Positions 9,422-19,137 of a stretch of DNA of 64,000 bases are shown here, piece after piece. The DNA is taken from NCBI GenBank assembly GCA_965208125.1, contig OZ242320.1, forward strand, positions 2,720,001-2,784,000, read 5' to 3'. The notes below the pieces were generated by a model. That model saw only the letters and a list, made by a program, of their open reading frames with translations, was not told where the DNA came from and ran no database searches. The first letter of the stretch is position 1. The number at the start of each line of letters is the position of its first letter. The DNA is from Candidatus Latescibacterota bacterium (GTDB lineage Bacteria; Latescibacterota; UBA2968). The position numbers and the translations under genes were made by a program.

Positions 9422-10381
9422 CTATAGAAGCGCATTTACATTTTGTACTTCGTCGCGCCGAAAATATTCTTCAATACTGAAGTATCGGGTTCCCGTATCA
9501 CACAGCACTGTTACGACTACGTCATCGCTCGAAAGTCTCTGGGCCACGCGCCGGGCTGCCAGTACATTTGCCCCCGAAGAAATTCCGACCAATAGTGCCT
9601 CTTCTCGCGCGAGAGTTTCCGTCATGTCAAATGCCTCGCGATCTTCTATTGTGATTACCTCATCCAGTATATTACAATTTAAAATTGATGGAATAAATCC
9701 CGCTCCAATTCCCTCGATCGCGTGAGGACCCCGGCTTTTACCACTCAATACAGCCGAACCTGCAGGCTCAACAGCTATCACTTTTGCATCTGGCACTTCT
9801 GCCTTGAGTACTTCGCCTACACCCGTAATTGTCCCACCTGTCCCTACTCCCGACACAAAAGCCGTTATCTTTCCTCCTGTTGCTTTTACTATTTCTGGCC
9901 CTGTGGTCTGTCGATGCGCTTCTGGATTAGCTGGATTGTCAAACTGCTTTAACTCAATGCAATTTGCATTCTTTTTTACGATCTCCTGCGCCCGCTGTTT
10001 TGCGCCATCCATATCGCCTGAGCCGGGTGTGATGACCACTTCGGCTCCGTATCTGGTTACCAGTGCTCGTCGTTCAAAACTCATTGTTTCCGGCATTGTC
10101 AATACCAGCCGATATTTGAGTTTGGCACACAACATCGCCAGACCGATCCCGGTATTTCCACTGGTCGCCTCTACAATGGTCATGCCGGGTTTGAGTGTTT
10201 TGGTTTTCTCTGCATCTCGAATCATACTTAGCGCGATGCGGTCTTTTACGCTGCCACCCGGATTGAGATATTCCATTTTGGCCAGAATGGTAGCGCCCCC
10301 CGCTGGCGACAAATTCTCTAACCGAACCATCGGCGTTCCACCAATGATATCGGAAACGCGACCTACAATTGTATCTGGCAT
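9422..10381 (-). CDS. cysK: cysteine synthase A
   Basis: NPGGSVKDRIA (PLP lysine), EATSGNTGIGLA, GVGTGGT and HAIEGIGAG motifs. Confidence 0.95.
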   Translation of the reverse strand: MPDTIVGRVSDIIGGTPMVRLENLSPAGGATILAKMEYLNPGGSVKDRIALSMIRDAEKTKTLKPGMTIVEATSGNTGIGLAMLCAKLKYRLVLTMPETMSFERRALVTRYGAEVVITPGSGDMDGAKQRAQEIVKKNANCIELKQFDNPANPEAHRQTTGPEIVKATGGKITAFVSGVGTGGTITGVGEVLKAEVPDAKVIAVEPAGSAVLSGKSRGPHAIEGIGAGFIPSILNCNILDEVITIEDREAFDMTETLAREEALLVGISSGANVLAARRVAQRLSSDDVVVTVLCDTGTRYFSIEEYFRRDEVQNVNALL

Positions 10382-10531
10382 AGCATTCTCCCTTGAAGTA
10401 CATTCGACGCGATGGGGTGAGGAATACGAGGTACGCGCCAGTGTGACAATATAATCCCCGATGTTAAAAAATAAACAGGTTTATGGGTATTGAGGTTTAG
10501 AGATTGGGAGGTTTTTTAAATCAGTTGTGTC

Positions 10532-10560
10532 TTGAATTATTCACAGGTGATGAGTATATT
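10532..10560 (+). promoter_or_regulatory. putative sigma70 promoter of the RM operon
   Basis: TTGAAT-N17-TATATT upstream of the MTase gene. Confidence 0.5.
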
Positions 10561-10614
10561 CGACTTGAAATATTCTTCAGTATTATTCTCAATTTTAAGC
10601 CAGAGAAATAGAAA

Positions 10615-11898
10615 ATGGATGCCAAACCTTTAGCTATTAGTCTCTTTGCAGGCGCAGGCGGTTGCTCTTTGGGTTTCAAACGCGCTGGCTATAATATTCT
10701 TTACGCCATAGATATAAACAAAAATGCTGTGAGAACTTACAGACATAATTTTCCTGATACTCAATGTGAAATGGGGGATATTATGTCTTGTGATTTTGAA
10801 AAACTTCTTAAAAATTTGAAGTTAAAAACGGGTGAGTTGGATATTCTTATTGGTGGGCCTCCCTGTCAGGGCTTTAGCACAGCGGGTATGCGGTTTTGGG
10901 ACGATCCAAGAAACGGATTATTGAAGCATTACGTCAACGCCTTAGATATCTTACGTCCCAAGTGGTTTATTATGGAAAATGTTGAAGGTTTGCTTACGGC
11001 TAAAGGTGGTATATACGTCTATGAAGCAGCAAGAGCCTTTATCAAATTGGGATATTCGATAAGAATCGATAAAATTTATGCGCAGGAATACGGGATACCA
11101 CAAAGACGAAAGAGAACTCTGATTATTGGCAATAGATTGGGAATGGAATTTAATTTGCCAGAACCAATTGTGCATGTGCATGGTCGAATTTTTAAGAATG
11201 CCGATATTACACTTAGACATACGATTGGAGAACTTCCCAATCCGACACTGGATAAGAGCAGTCCTATCTGCTACATCGGCAAGCCCAAACATGAGTGGGA
11301 AGAACAACTGCGTGATGGAAATAAAAAATTATATGATCATTTTACACCCAAAATTGAGGGTGTCCAACTTGAGAGAATTAAAAATTTAAAATCAGGACAA
11401 TCGATGAAGGATCTGCCAGAATCGCTTCATCATGAATCATTTAGAAGGAGAGCCAATCGACGTGTTATGGATGGAACGCCCACGGAAAAACGAGGAGGTG
11501 CGCCCTCGGGAATTAAGCGATTGATTTTTGATGAACCGAGTTTAACTATTACAGGGGCCGCTATAAGAGAATTTATACATCCAGAAGACAATCGCCCGTT
11601 AACTTTGCGTGAATGCGCTCGGATACAAACATTTCCCGATTGGTTCAGATTTCAAGGAAATACTTCAGAGAGAATCAAGCAGATAGGGAATGCGATTCCC
11701 CCATTGTTAGCAGAAATTTTTGCAATGCATTTACTGGTTAATTATGGTTTTGGAGAAACAAAACGCATTTCACCAGGTAGGTTATTTGCACACACTTTAA
11801 CAAAAGCAACTGCTATGAGTCCAGCTCTCACAAAAACGGATAATATGCTTCAGGAATTGTATAAAAAAAAGAATCCTCAACTCAGTCTTTTTGGATAA
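10615..11898 (+). CDS. DNA (cytosine-5) methyltransferase, M.ApaLI-like
   Basis: FAGAGG, GGPPCQGFS, ENVEG, PQRRKR, RECARIQTFPD and QIGNAIPP motifs; the variable region RRRANRRVxDGTPTEKRGGAPSGIKRL is as I recall it in M.ApaLI. Confidence 0.95.
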   Translation: MDAKPLAISLFAGAGGCSLGFKRAGYNILYAIDINKNAVRTYRHNFPDTQCEMGDIMSCDFEKLLKNLKLKTGELDILIGGPPCQGFSTAGMRFWDDPRNGLLKHYVNALDILRPKWFIMENVEGLLTAKGGIYVYEAARAFIKLGYSIRIDKIYAQEYGIPQRRKRTLIIGNRLGMEFNLPEPIVHVHGRIFKNADITLRHTIGELPNPTLDKSSPICYIGKPKHEWEEQLRDGNKKLYDHFTPKIEGVQLERIKNLKSGQSMKDLPESLHHESFRRRANRRVMDGTPTEKRGGAPSGIKRLIFDEPSLTITGAAIREFIHPEDNRPLTLRECARIQTFPDWFRFQGNTSERIKQIGNAIPPLLAEIFAMHLLVNYGFGETKRISPGRLFAHTLTKATAMSPALTKTDNMLQELYKKKNPQLSLFG

Positions 11899-11903
11899 TT
11901 ATT

Positions 11904-12953
11904 ATGGCGAGTATTACAATTCAGAATTTACTCTCAGAGTGTAAGGTTCACGGGAGTGGCAAAGCTCAGGTTACTCTGGAAGATTCTGAAATATATGCAT
12001 TATTTTGCATTTGTTTACGTGATTTGGGATGGGATTTCAATGCCATTGGCGTTGAGGATATTGAAAAGCCTGATGATGACTATTTTAAGATTCCAATAAA
12101 ATGGTTCAATGAACTTCGGTTTTCGAACGTTACGCCAAAGATTCTTTTAGATGTTCTTGAGAGAGCCTGCGCTATCAATGAAGATTTCGGATTATATATA
12201 AGAAATCTCTGTGCATTGCATCGCAGACGAGTGAAATACCAACGCATTCTCTCCGCTCAACCATTGCCACAGATGGATCAAATAGGTCCGCGTTCTTTAT
12301 TGGAATACGGAGAATGTGATGATGAACTTTTGTCGGGATGGATGTCCTGGAGAAAATGGATTTATGATATAGACAATCGCTCTGCACAGGAAACGGGATA
12401 TTTGTTTGAGCCTGTGTTAGCAAGTTGTCTGGGAGGTACGCCTGTTGGTGCGAGAAGTTCACCTGTAAAACGAGTTGATAGTAATGGAAACCAAACACCA
12501 AGAGGCAGACAAGTTGATTGTTTTGTGGCTGGAGAAAATCTCGCCTATGAATTCAAAATGAGGGTGACAATTGCTGCGAGTGGGCAAGGCCGATTCGGCG
12601 AAGAATTATCGTTTCCCTTTGAATGTCAGGTAGCGGGATTCAAACCTATTCTCATAGTGCTCGATCCCACACCTTCCCCAAGGCTTGATGAACTGAGAAC
12701 GGCTTTTGAAAATGCGGCTGGCTCTTCATACATTGGGGAGGAGGCATGGCAGCATATAAAAGAAAAATCGGGGGAAATTTTATCTATATTTGTCCAAAAA
12801 TATATTAGACCACCTATAGAATCCATTGAGAGTCTTCATCAAAATATCCCACCTGATTTATATTTGCAATGGCGGGATAGCGCAGTTTTGATAAAATCAC
12901 CCTCAAGTGAGTATTTGATAGAACGAAATGTGAACCCATACCAAGAAAATTGA
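11904..12953 (+). CDS. type II restriction endonuclease, ApaLI-like
   Basis: GRQVDC...AYEFKMRVTIAASGQGRFGEEL (PD-(D/E)xK-like core); adjacent to a C5 MTase. Confidence 0.82.
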   Translation: MASITIQNLLSECKVHGSGKAQVTLEDSEIYALFCICLRDLGWDFNAIGVEDIEKPDDDYFKIPIKWFNELRFSNVTPKILLDVLERACAINEDFGLYIRNLCALHRRRVKYQRILSAQPLPQMDQIGPRSLLEYGECDDELLSGWMSWRKWIYDIDNRSAQETGYLFEPVLASCLGGTPVGARSSPVKRVDSNGNQTPRGRQVDCFVAGENLAYEFKMRVTIAASGQGRFGEELSFPFECQVAGFKPILIVLDPTPSPRLDELRTAFENAAGSSYIGEEAWQHIKEKSGEILSIFVQKYIRPPIESIESLHQNIPPDLYLQWRDSAVLIKSPSSEYLIERNVNPYQEN

Positions 12954-12987
12954 TATAGCTAATACCTACAGGTTAAAGGAGGTATTT

Positions 12988-13896
12988 ATGGCTCTTGCGA
13001 TGACAGAGCAGCAAGAGAGAGATTTTGATGAGAAGGGATTTATTATTCTCGAGGATTTCTTTACTCAGGACGAGGTGAATCGGCTTTTGCTGGCTATTGA
13101 TGAGGTGGCAGGTCGGATTCGAAAGGCCGAGGGTCTGGGGCCTGATGATCCTTTTGCCGTGCGCAATGCCCTGTCGCAACATGAAGCTTTTCTCGATTTG
13201 ATCGATCATCCGCGCATGTTGCCTCTGGTGGTGGATGCGATTGGCTGGAATATTCAGATTCGAACTACGCATCTGGACTATCGACCGCCGTATCCCGAGG
13301 GCTTGAAAGCAGGCGATGTTGGCGTTGGCAAGGGCGAAGATCAGGAGGTGGGGTACCGCAATGTGGCCTGGCATCCCGATTTGGCGAGCGATATGCTGTT
13401 TCTGGGTCCTTCGCTGGATGGGCGTCTCCCGTTTATGGAGATCAAGGTTTTTTATGTGCTTTACGATATGACTGAATCCAATTGTGGCAATTTGTGGTTG
13501 GTGCCGGGCAGTCACAAGCGCAAGCCCGAAGAGTTGCGGGAAATGGGGCGCGAGGTCAATCCGGAAGAGGCGGTCGAGCTTAAGTTGCGGGCTGGTTCTG
13601 CAGTGTTGTGGCGAACAGCGGTGTGGCACTGCGTGGGTCCCAATTTGTCGAGGAAAACGCGAAAAATTATGCATGTGGGGTATAATTATCGGTGGCTTCG
13701 TCCAACCGATTATATTGAGCAGGATGCGGCGCTCATTGAACGGAGTTCGCCAATTCGGCGTCAGTTGTTGGGCGCGCTGGCATCGGGAAAAGATCCACTG
13801 GGACCAGAGCCGGATTTTCACCCTTCGTCACAATACTGGCTGACAAAGAATTGGAATGATGTTCCATTGCGAGCCTGGGCACAGGCGCGAGCTTGA
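12988..13896 (+). CDS. phytanoyl-CoA dioxygenase (PhyH) family Fe/2OG dioxygenase
   Basis: FDEKGFIILED, WHPD, GNLWLVPGSH and WHC motifs. Confidence 0.9.
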   Translation: MALAMTEQQERDFDEKGFIILEDFFTQDEVNRLLLAIDEVAGRIRKAEGLGPDDPFAVRNALSQHEAFLDLIDHPRMLPLVVDAIGWNIQIRTTHLDYRPPYPEGLKAGDVGVGKGEDQEVGYRNVAWHPDLASDMLFLGPSLDGRLPFMEIKVFYVLYDMTESNCGNLWLVPGSHKRKPEELREMGREVNPEEAVELKLRAGSAVLWRTAVWHCVGPNLSRKTRKIMHVGYNYRWLRPTDYIEQDAALIERSSPIRRQLLGALASGKDPLGPEPDFHPSSQYWLTKNWNDVPLRAWAQARA

Positions 13897-13912
13897 ATAT
13901 TGAGAAAAAATA

Positions 13913-13940
13913 AAACCCCAGGAGCGTGCTTCTGGGGTTT
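13913..13940. terminator. bidirectional intrinsic terminator
   Basis: AAACCCCAGGAGC-gt-GCTTCTGGGGTTT between convergent genes, with an A-tract upstream. Confidence 0.85.
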
Positions 13941-13958
13941 GTGGTGTGTCGGGCGCTA

Positions 13959-14630
13959 TCAGGAGGGATCAAATTTGTAGCCGACACCGCGTACTGTGGT
14001 AATGGCTTTGCCCGATTCGCCGAGTTTGGAGCGCAAGCGGCGAATGTGGACGTCAACGGTGCGCATGCCGCCGTAATAGTCATAGCCCCAGATGCTGTCG
14101 AGCAGGTCCGATCGCGTAAATACGCGGGCTTCGTGGGTGACCAGATGTTTGAGTAGTTCGTATTCTTTGAGTGTGAGTTCGACAACGCTGCCCTTGACGC
14201 GCACTTCATAGCGCGCCATATTGATGACGAGGTCGTCTATTTTGAGGGTGTGGTCGTCGGGGGGATGGTCGTCGTTCCAAAGAGCCAGGCGCAGGCGGGC
14301 TTCGAATTCGCGCAGGCTATAGGGCTTGATGACAAAATCTGAAATGCCGAGTGAAAAATCGAGGTTGAGTGCGGTCATTTCATCGGTGATGACGAGCAGG
14401 GAACTGTCGTTGGCAGGGCGCTGTTGTTGAAGGTGCGCAATGGTCTGTGCGAGGCGGTCGAGGGAGGATTCGGGGTCAATGATGGTCAAATCAATGCCGT
14501 TGGCGGGTATGGGAGGCAAGTTGCTCCGTCCGCTCAGGATCACATGTTCAACCTGATGCCCGATGTATTCGAGGTCTGATTTGAGACGCGCGCCGTAGGC
14601 TTCGTCCGCGAGAAGAAGAATAGTTGCCAT
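13959..14630 (-). CDS. OmpR-family winged-helix regulator with atypical receiver domain (GlnR-like)
   Basis: LTLKEYELL...VFTR...WGYDYYGGMRTVDVHIRRLRSKLG...TVRGVGY; likely start at ATG 14630; no cognate kinase nearby. Confidence 0.88.
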   Translation of the reverse strand: MATILLLADEAYGARLKSDLEYIGHQVEHVILSGRSNLPPIPANGIDLTIIDPESSLDRLAQTIAHLQQQRPANDSSLLVITDEMTALNLDFSLGISDFVIKPYSLREFEARLRLALWNDDHPPDDHTLKIDDLVINMARYEVRVKGSVVELTLKEYELLKHLVTHEARVFTRSDLLDSIWGYDYYGGMRTVDVHIRRLRSKLGESGKAITTVRGVGYKFDPS

Positions 14631-14719
14631 TGGAGACGAAATTGGGAATAAGGGAGGAACTGATATTACGCATTTTAATGCGCCCGTGTGTAACATCAGT
14701 GCTGAAAACAGAAAGCCGA

Positions 14720-14748
14720 AAATTAGTGGCCTCATGGCATTTTGTCAA
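14720..14748 (-). promoter_or_regulatory. putative sigma70 promoter of the regulator gene
   Basis: Minus strand TTGACA-N17-TAATTT. Confidence 0.55.
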
Positions 14749-14840
14749 GGTGTATCTAAGAATACGGGCGTTAGAGTTAGAGAGAAATTGACAAAACACT
14801 TTTATCACTTTTTATCAAAAAACCGTCTCAGGAGTACATT

Positions 14841-16478
14841 ATGTCTTCTCCTCATGCAATTGCTCATCCCGCTTTCAGGCCGTCCATTATGGGTAGGAAT
14901 GGCGTGGTCACATCGGGACACCATCTCGCTTCTCAAGCAGGTATTCAGGTTATGATGGCGGGTGGCAATGCCATTGATGCGGCTATTGCCACGGCTGCTG
15001 CGCTCGGTGTGGTTGAACCGCAATCTTCAGGCGCAGGAGGGGATGGTTTTATTTTAATTTACTCGGCTAAGACGGGTACCGTATCTGCGATCAATGCCAC
15101 TGGCGCAGCCCCAACGGGCGCAACCCGAGAATTTTATCTCAAACGGGGTGGTATCCCGATGAAGGGTATTCTGAGCGTTTCCATCCCCGGTCTGGTAGAT
15201 GGTTGGCTCGTTGCTCACGAGCGCTTTGGCACGCGCCCGCTCGAAGATATTTTTGCGCCGGCAATCGCCCTTTGTGAAGAGGGCTTTCCGCTCAGTCACA
15301 AATTGGCGGATAGCTTGCGGGGGGAGACAAAACGCTTTGCTTCCGATCCATATACGCGGGCGGTTTTTACAAATGATGGTCAGCCTCTCAGTGCCGGGGA
15401 TATTGTCTATCAGAAAGACCTGGGTAAGACCTTGCGAAAGATCGCCGCAGAGGGGCGCGACGCCTATCGCACGGGTGAAATAGCCCGGGCACTTGTTGCA
15501 TTTAGCCAGTCGCGAGGTGGTTTGTTTACCGAAGCCGATTTGAAAAACCATCGCGCCCGCATTGGCGATCCTATTGCCGTGACCTACAAAGGTTATACCG
15601 TATATGAAACGCCTCCCAATTCGAGCGGGCATATTTTGCTTCAGGAACTCAATATTGTCGAAAATTTTGATCTTCAGGCACTGGGCTGTAATACTGCCGA
15701 GAGTATCCACCTTATGGTCGAAGCCAAAAAACTCGCTTTTGCAGACCGCGAAAAATACGTGGCCGATCCAGATTGGGTCGATGTGCCAATTGATGGACTT
15801 CTCTCGAAAGATTATGCAAAAGAACGCGCTTCGTGCATCGATCTCGAACGCACTGCTATTCATGTCCCGCCCGGTATCCCGGAATCGGTTGAGGATACTA
15901 CATGTTTTTGCGTGGCTGACGGCGAGGGCAATGCGGTTTGTCAATTGCAGAGTATTCAATCCGGCTGGGGATCAAGTCTTATTGCGGGAGATACGGGTAT
16001 TCTTCTCAATAACCGTATGACGTACTGGCATTTGGAAAAAGATCATCCCAATTGTCTGATGCCTGGTAAGCGAGTTCGCCACACTATGAATCCCGTTATT
16101 GTTGCGAAAGACGGCAAACCCGTTTTGATATGCGGCACGCCGGGCGCAGATACACAGGTGCAGACCAATTTGCAACTGGTGACACATATTCTGGAATTTG
16201 GCATGACACCTCAAGAGGCTGTTGAAGCCCCCCGCTGGCGTTCTCTGCAAAATCCTATGGAATCCACGGTTCCCCATACGTGCGAAGATGTGCTTCAACT
16301 CGAAAGCCGTTTTCCTACAATCCAGTGCGAAGCTCTTGCTCGGAAAGGCCATGACCTTCGTATCCTCTCAGATTGGGGTGGGCCGGGGAATGCTCAGGCC
16401 ATTCAGATCAATCCCGAGACCGGTACTCTGATGGGTGGTTCAGATCCCAGACGAGATGGATACGCCATTGCTTTTTAA
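14841..16478 (+). CDS. ggt: gamma-glutamyltransferase family protein
   Basis: GGNAIDAAIA, DTT nucleophile, LLNNRM, PGKRVRHTMNP and SDPRRDG motifs. Confidence 0.93.
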   Translation: MSSPHAIAHPAFRPSIMGRNGVVTSGHHLASQAGIQVMMAGGNAIDAAIATAAALGVVEPQSSGAGGDGFILIYSAKTGTVSAINATGAAPTGATREFYLKRGGIPMKGILSVSIPGLVDGWLVAHERFGTRPLEDIFAPAIALCEEGFPLSHKLADSLRGETKRFASDPYTRAVFTNDGQPLSAGDIVYQKDLGKTLRKIAAEGRDAYRTGEIARALVAFSQSRGGLFTEADLKNHRARIGDPIAVTYKGYTVYETPPNSSGHILLQELNIVENFDLQALGCNTAESIHLMVEAKKLAFADREKYVADPDWVDVPIDGLLSKDYAKERASCIDLERTAIHVPPGIPESVEDTTCFCVADGEGNAVCQLQSIQSGWGSSLIAGDTGILLNNRMTYWHLEKDHPNCLMPGKRVRHTMNPVIVAKDGKPVLICGTPGADTQVQTNLQLVTHILEFGMTPQEAVEAPRWRSLQNPMESTVPHTCEDVLQLESRFPTIQCEALARKGHDLRILSDWGGPGNAQAIQINPETGTLMGGSDPRRDGYAIAF

Positions 16479-16489
16479 GAGGAAAAACT

Positions 16490-17668
16490 ATGAAAATTAA
16501 AAATATTCGCGCAGTTGCCGTCAATATTTCTCCCGCTCAAAAAACAGAACCTCGCGTCCCGAAGCTACCTACAGATGGGTTTATTAGCCCTATGGCGCGA
16601 TATCCCGAATTTAAAAGATCGAAGTGGGGTTCAAATTGGACTCGTGCAGCCTGTGTCGTGACCGCGCAAGATGGCACATGGGGAATTGGTTTCACTATCA
16701 ATAGCGGCCCGGTAATCAGTATTATCAACGATCACTTTGCCCCTTTGCTCGAAGGGCAAAATTGTATGGCGACTGAAAAGTTATGGGATATGATGCGCCG
16801 GGCTTCTTCGCCTTATCACACGGCGGGTTTGTCCAGCTATGCCATCAGTGCTTTGGATAATGCCCTGTGGGACTTGAAAGGAAAAATTTTGCAGCGTCCT
16901 GTTTACGAGCTTTTGGGCGGTCCGCAAAAAGAAAAAATTTTCTGTTATGCCAGCAATACAGATATATCTTATGGTACGGAAAACAGTATTGAATGGTTTC
17001 TGGAATTGGGTTTCAAGGCGGTCAAGCTTTTTGCGCGATATGGACCGGAGTCCGGTATTGAGGGAATAAATAAGACTGAAGAACTGGTTGCCAAAACGCG
17101 CGAGCAGATTGGCGATGATGTCGAACTTATGCTCGATGCGTGGATGTCGCTCAATGTCGAATACACGGTTCGCCTCGTCGAAGCATTAAAACCGTATCGC
17201 CTCAAGTGGCTTGAAGATTACGTGCTGCCCGAAGATATGGAAAGCTATACAAAGGTACGCCAACGCGTTTCCGGGCAAATTCTCGCAACGGGTGAGCACT
17301 GGTACACCATCCATCCCTTTGCCACAGCCGCGAGCCAGGGGCTTGTCGATATTTTGCAGCCCGATATTCAGTGGGCAGGTGGTGTGACGGCCTTGATGCG
17401 GATATGCCATATTGCCGAGGCGCATGGGCTAACGGTCATTAGTCACGCGGGCATGAATTATCCCTATGGTCAGCACCTTTCTTATGCTATGCCGGCGATA
17501 CAGTGGGGCGAACGTTCCGAAGGGGTATCGCCTCCGGGTGTTCCGCTCGAAGAACGCGTCGCGCTGCCGGGAACCCCTGTGATCAAAGACGGTTATCTAA
17601 TTCCGAGCAATGCCCCCGGTTTTGGTCTTGAAATCACGAAAGATTGGCTGGAACAAAAGGCTGTATAA
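16490..17668 (+). CDS. mandelate racemase/enolase superfamily sugar-acid dehydratase (L-rhamnonate dehydratase-like)
   Basis: AGAGG SD and ATG at 16490; ALDNALWDLKGK, LMLDAWM, WLED, TGEH and LQPD motifs. Confidence 0.88.
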   Translation: MKIKNIRAVAVNISPAQKTEPRVPKLPTDGFISPMARYPEFKRSKWGSNWTRAACVVTAQDGTWGIGFTINSGPVISIINDHFAPLLEGQNCMATEKLWDMMRRASSPYHTAGLSSYAISALDNALWDLKGKILQRPVYELLGGPQKEKIFCYASNTDISYGTENSIEWFLELGFKAVKLFARYGPESGIEGINKTEELVAKTREQIGDDVELMLDAWMSLNVEYTVRLVEALKPYRLKWLEDYVLPEDMESYTKVRQRVSGQILATGEHWYTIHPFATAASQGLVDILQPDIQWAGGVTALMRICHIAEAHGLTVISHAGMNYPYGQHLSYAMPAIQWGERSEGVSPPGVPLEERVALPGTPVIKDGYLIPSNAPGFGLEITKDWLEQKAV

Positions 17669-17683
17669 CTAATTGGAGACGAT

Positions 17684-18229
17684 ATGGCGCAAGAGTGGAA
17701 ACATTTGCTCAAGTTTCGCTGCACTCGCTGTGGAAATTGCTGTCGAGACCCCATTGTTCTGGTTACTGACGAAGATGTGCGCCGCATTATTGAGGGCACA
17801 GATCAGGCGGCTTGTGATGTTGTCGATTTTTATAAGCCGAGTGAGATTGAATGGGGCGAAGACCAGCCCGGCTGGATACGTTTGAGGTCTGGTCTGCGCA
17901 TTATGGGATTGCGTAGAACCGAGAGCGGATGCCAATATCTGAGCGAAGACGATTTGTGTACTATCTACGATTATCGCCCGGTGACTTGCCGACGATATCC
18001 ATTTGATCTCGAGTTTGACGAAGAGGGCGATATCGAGTTGCTCAGTATTAGTCAATCTACCGATTGTCCGTATGAACTCGATGGATACACGCCATTGGGT
18101 GAGATTAAGGCTATTGCAAAATGGGAGACGTGGGAAGAAGAACCATATTATGCGAGAGTTGAAGCGTGGAACGCACGCAAAGAGACAGGCGGGAGAAAGA
18201 CATTTCTCAAATTTATTGGGTTGGGATGA
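17684..18229 (+). CDS. YkgJ-family cysteine-cluster (CxxCxxCC) protein
   Basis: FRCTRCGNCC, CQYL and CTIYDYRPVTCRRYPF motifs. Confidence 0.9.
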   Translation: MAQEWKHLLKFRCTRCGNCCRDPIVLVTDEDVRRIIEGTDQAACDVVDFYKPSEIEWGEDQPGWIRLRSGLRIMGLRRTESGCQYLSEDDLCTIYDYRPVTCRRYPFDLEFDEEGDIELLSISQSTDCPYELDGYTPLGEIKAIAKWETWEEEPYYARVEAWNARKETGGRKTFLKFIGLG

Positions 18230-18259
18230 AATGGTCTGGATCAGGATGGAAGATACTCT

Positions 18260-19120
18260 ATGAGTCACGACATTTTTGAGCGCGCTGAAGAATTTATTTA
18301 TAACAATGCGAGGTTGCTCGAGCGGCAGTTGTTTGCCTATCATTTTAAAGGCGGTTCGCAAGAGCAGGTGCTCACAGCGCTTCGCGCCTATCAGAATGCA
18401 GATGGCGGGTTTGGGCATGCGCTTGAACCGGATATTCGCTGTCCAGAAAGCCAACCCGTGCCGATTCAGCACGCGCTTGAGTTTCTCGATGCCGTGGGTT
18501 TTGATGCCGATATGGTGCAGCGCGCCTGCGATTATTTGATGGAGATTACTACGCCCGAAGGCGGCGTTCCGTGGTTGTTGCCTTCTGCACATCGCTATCC
18601 GCGAGCATCATGGTGGAATACGGTTGAAAATCCGCCAGCGTCTTTGAATCCAACGGCTGCGATTGCTGGTTTGTTACACAAGAATCGCGTTCGACATGCG
18701 TGGGTAGATTGCGCGACAGCGTACTGCTGGTCAAAGATAGCTGATTTGCAACCTGTAGAGATGCATGAAATGGGTGTGGTGCTGACTTTTCTCTATTATG
18801 TGCCGGACCGGGCGCGCGCAGAGCGCGAAATTGAGCGTCTGATCGGTGGGATGTTTTCTGCAGGTCTCGTTGCCGATGCAAATGCCACGGGCTATGTCCG
18901 CAAACCGCTCGATTGGGCGAATACGCCCGATCATCCGCTTCGCGATTACTTTCGAGAAGAGGATATTGCGGCAAATCTCGATGCAATTGTTGCGGGACAA
19001 CAAGCAGATGGGGGGTGGAATATTACCTGGCAAGCCGTGAGTCCGGGTTGCGAACTCGAATGGCGCGGCTGGGTGACGTTGGGTACACTGCTGACGCTCA
19101 GGGCGAATGGGCGGTTGTAA
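18260..19120 (+). CDS. prenyltransferase/squalene-cyclase-like repeat protein of unknown function
   Basis: YQNADGGFGHALEPD and QQADGGW repeats. Confidence 0.75.
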   Translation: MSHDIFERAEEFIYNNARLLERQLFAYHFKGGSQEQVLTALRAYQNADGGFGHALEPDIRCPESQPVPIQHALEFLDAVGFDADMVQRACDYLMEITTPEGGVPWLLPSAHRYPRASWWNTVENPPASLNPTAAIAGLLHKNRVRHAWVDCATAYCWSKIADLQPVEMHEMGVVLTFLYYVPDRARAEREIERLIGGMFSAGLVADANATGYVRKPLDWANTPDHPLRDYFREEDIAANLDAIVAGQQADGGWNITWQAVSPGCELEWRGWVTLGTLLTLRANGRL

Positions 19121-19137
19121 TTGTACAGAGAGTTATC

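Noticed and set aside
12965-12973. CCTACAGGT at the right edge of the RM island matching the REP flank at 45875
   Set aside because: Only a 9-nt match with no hairpin; compatible with chance.
14686-14712. GTAAC...GAAAAC as a GlnR box
   Set aside because: Spacing and the second half-site do not fit GTNAC-N6-GAAAC.
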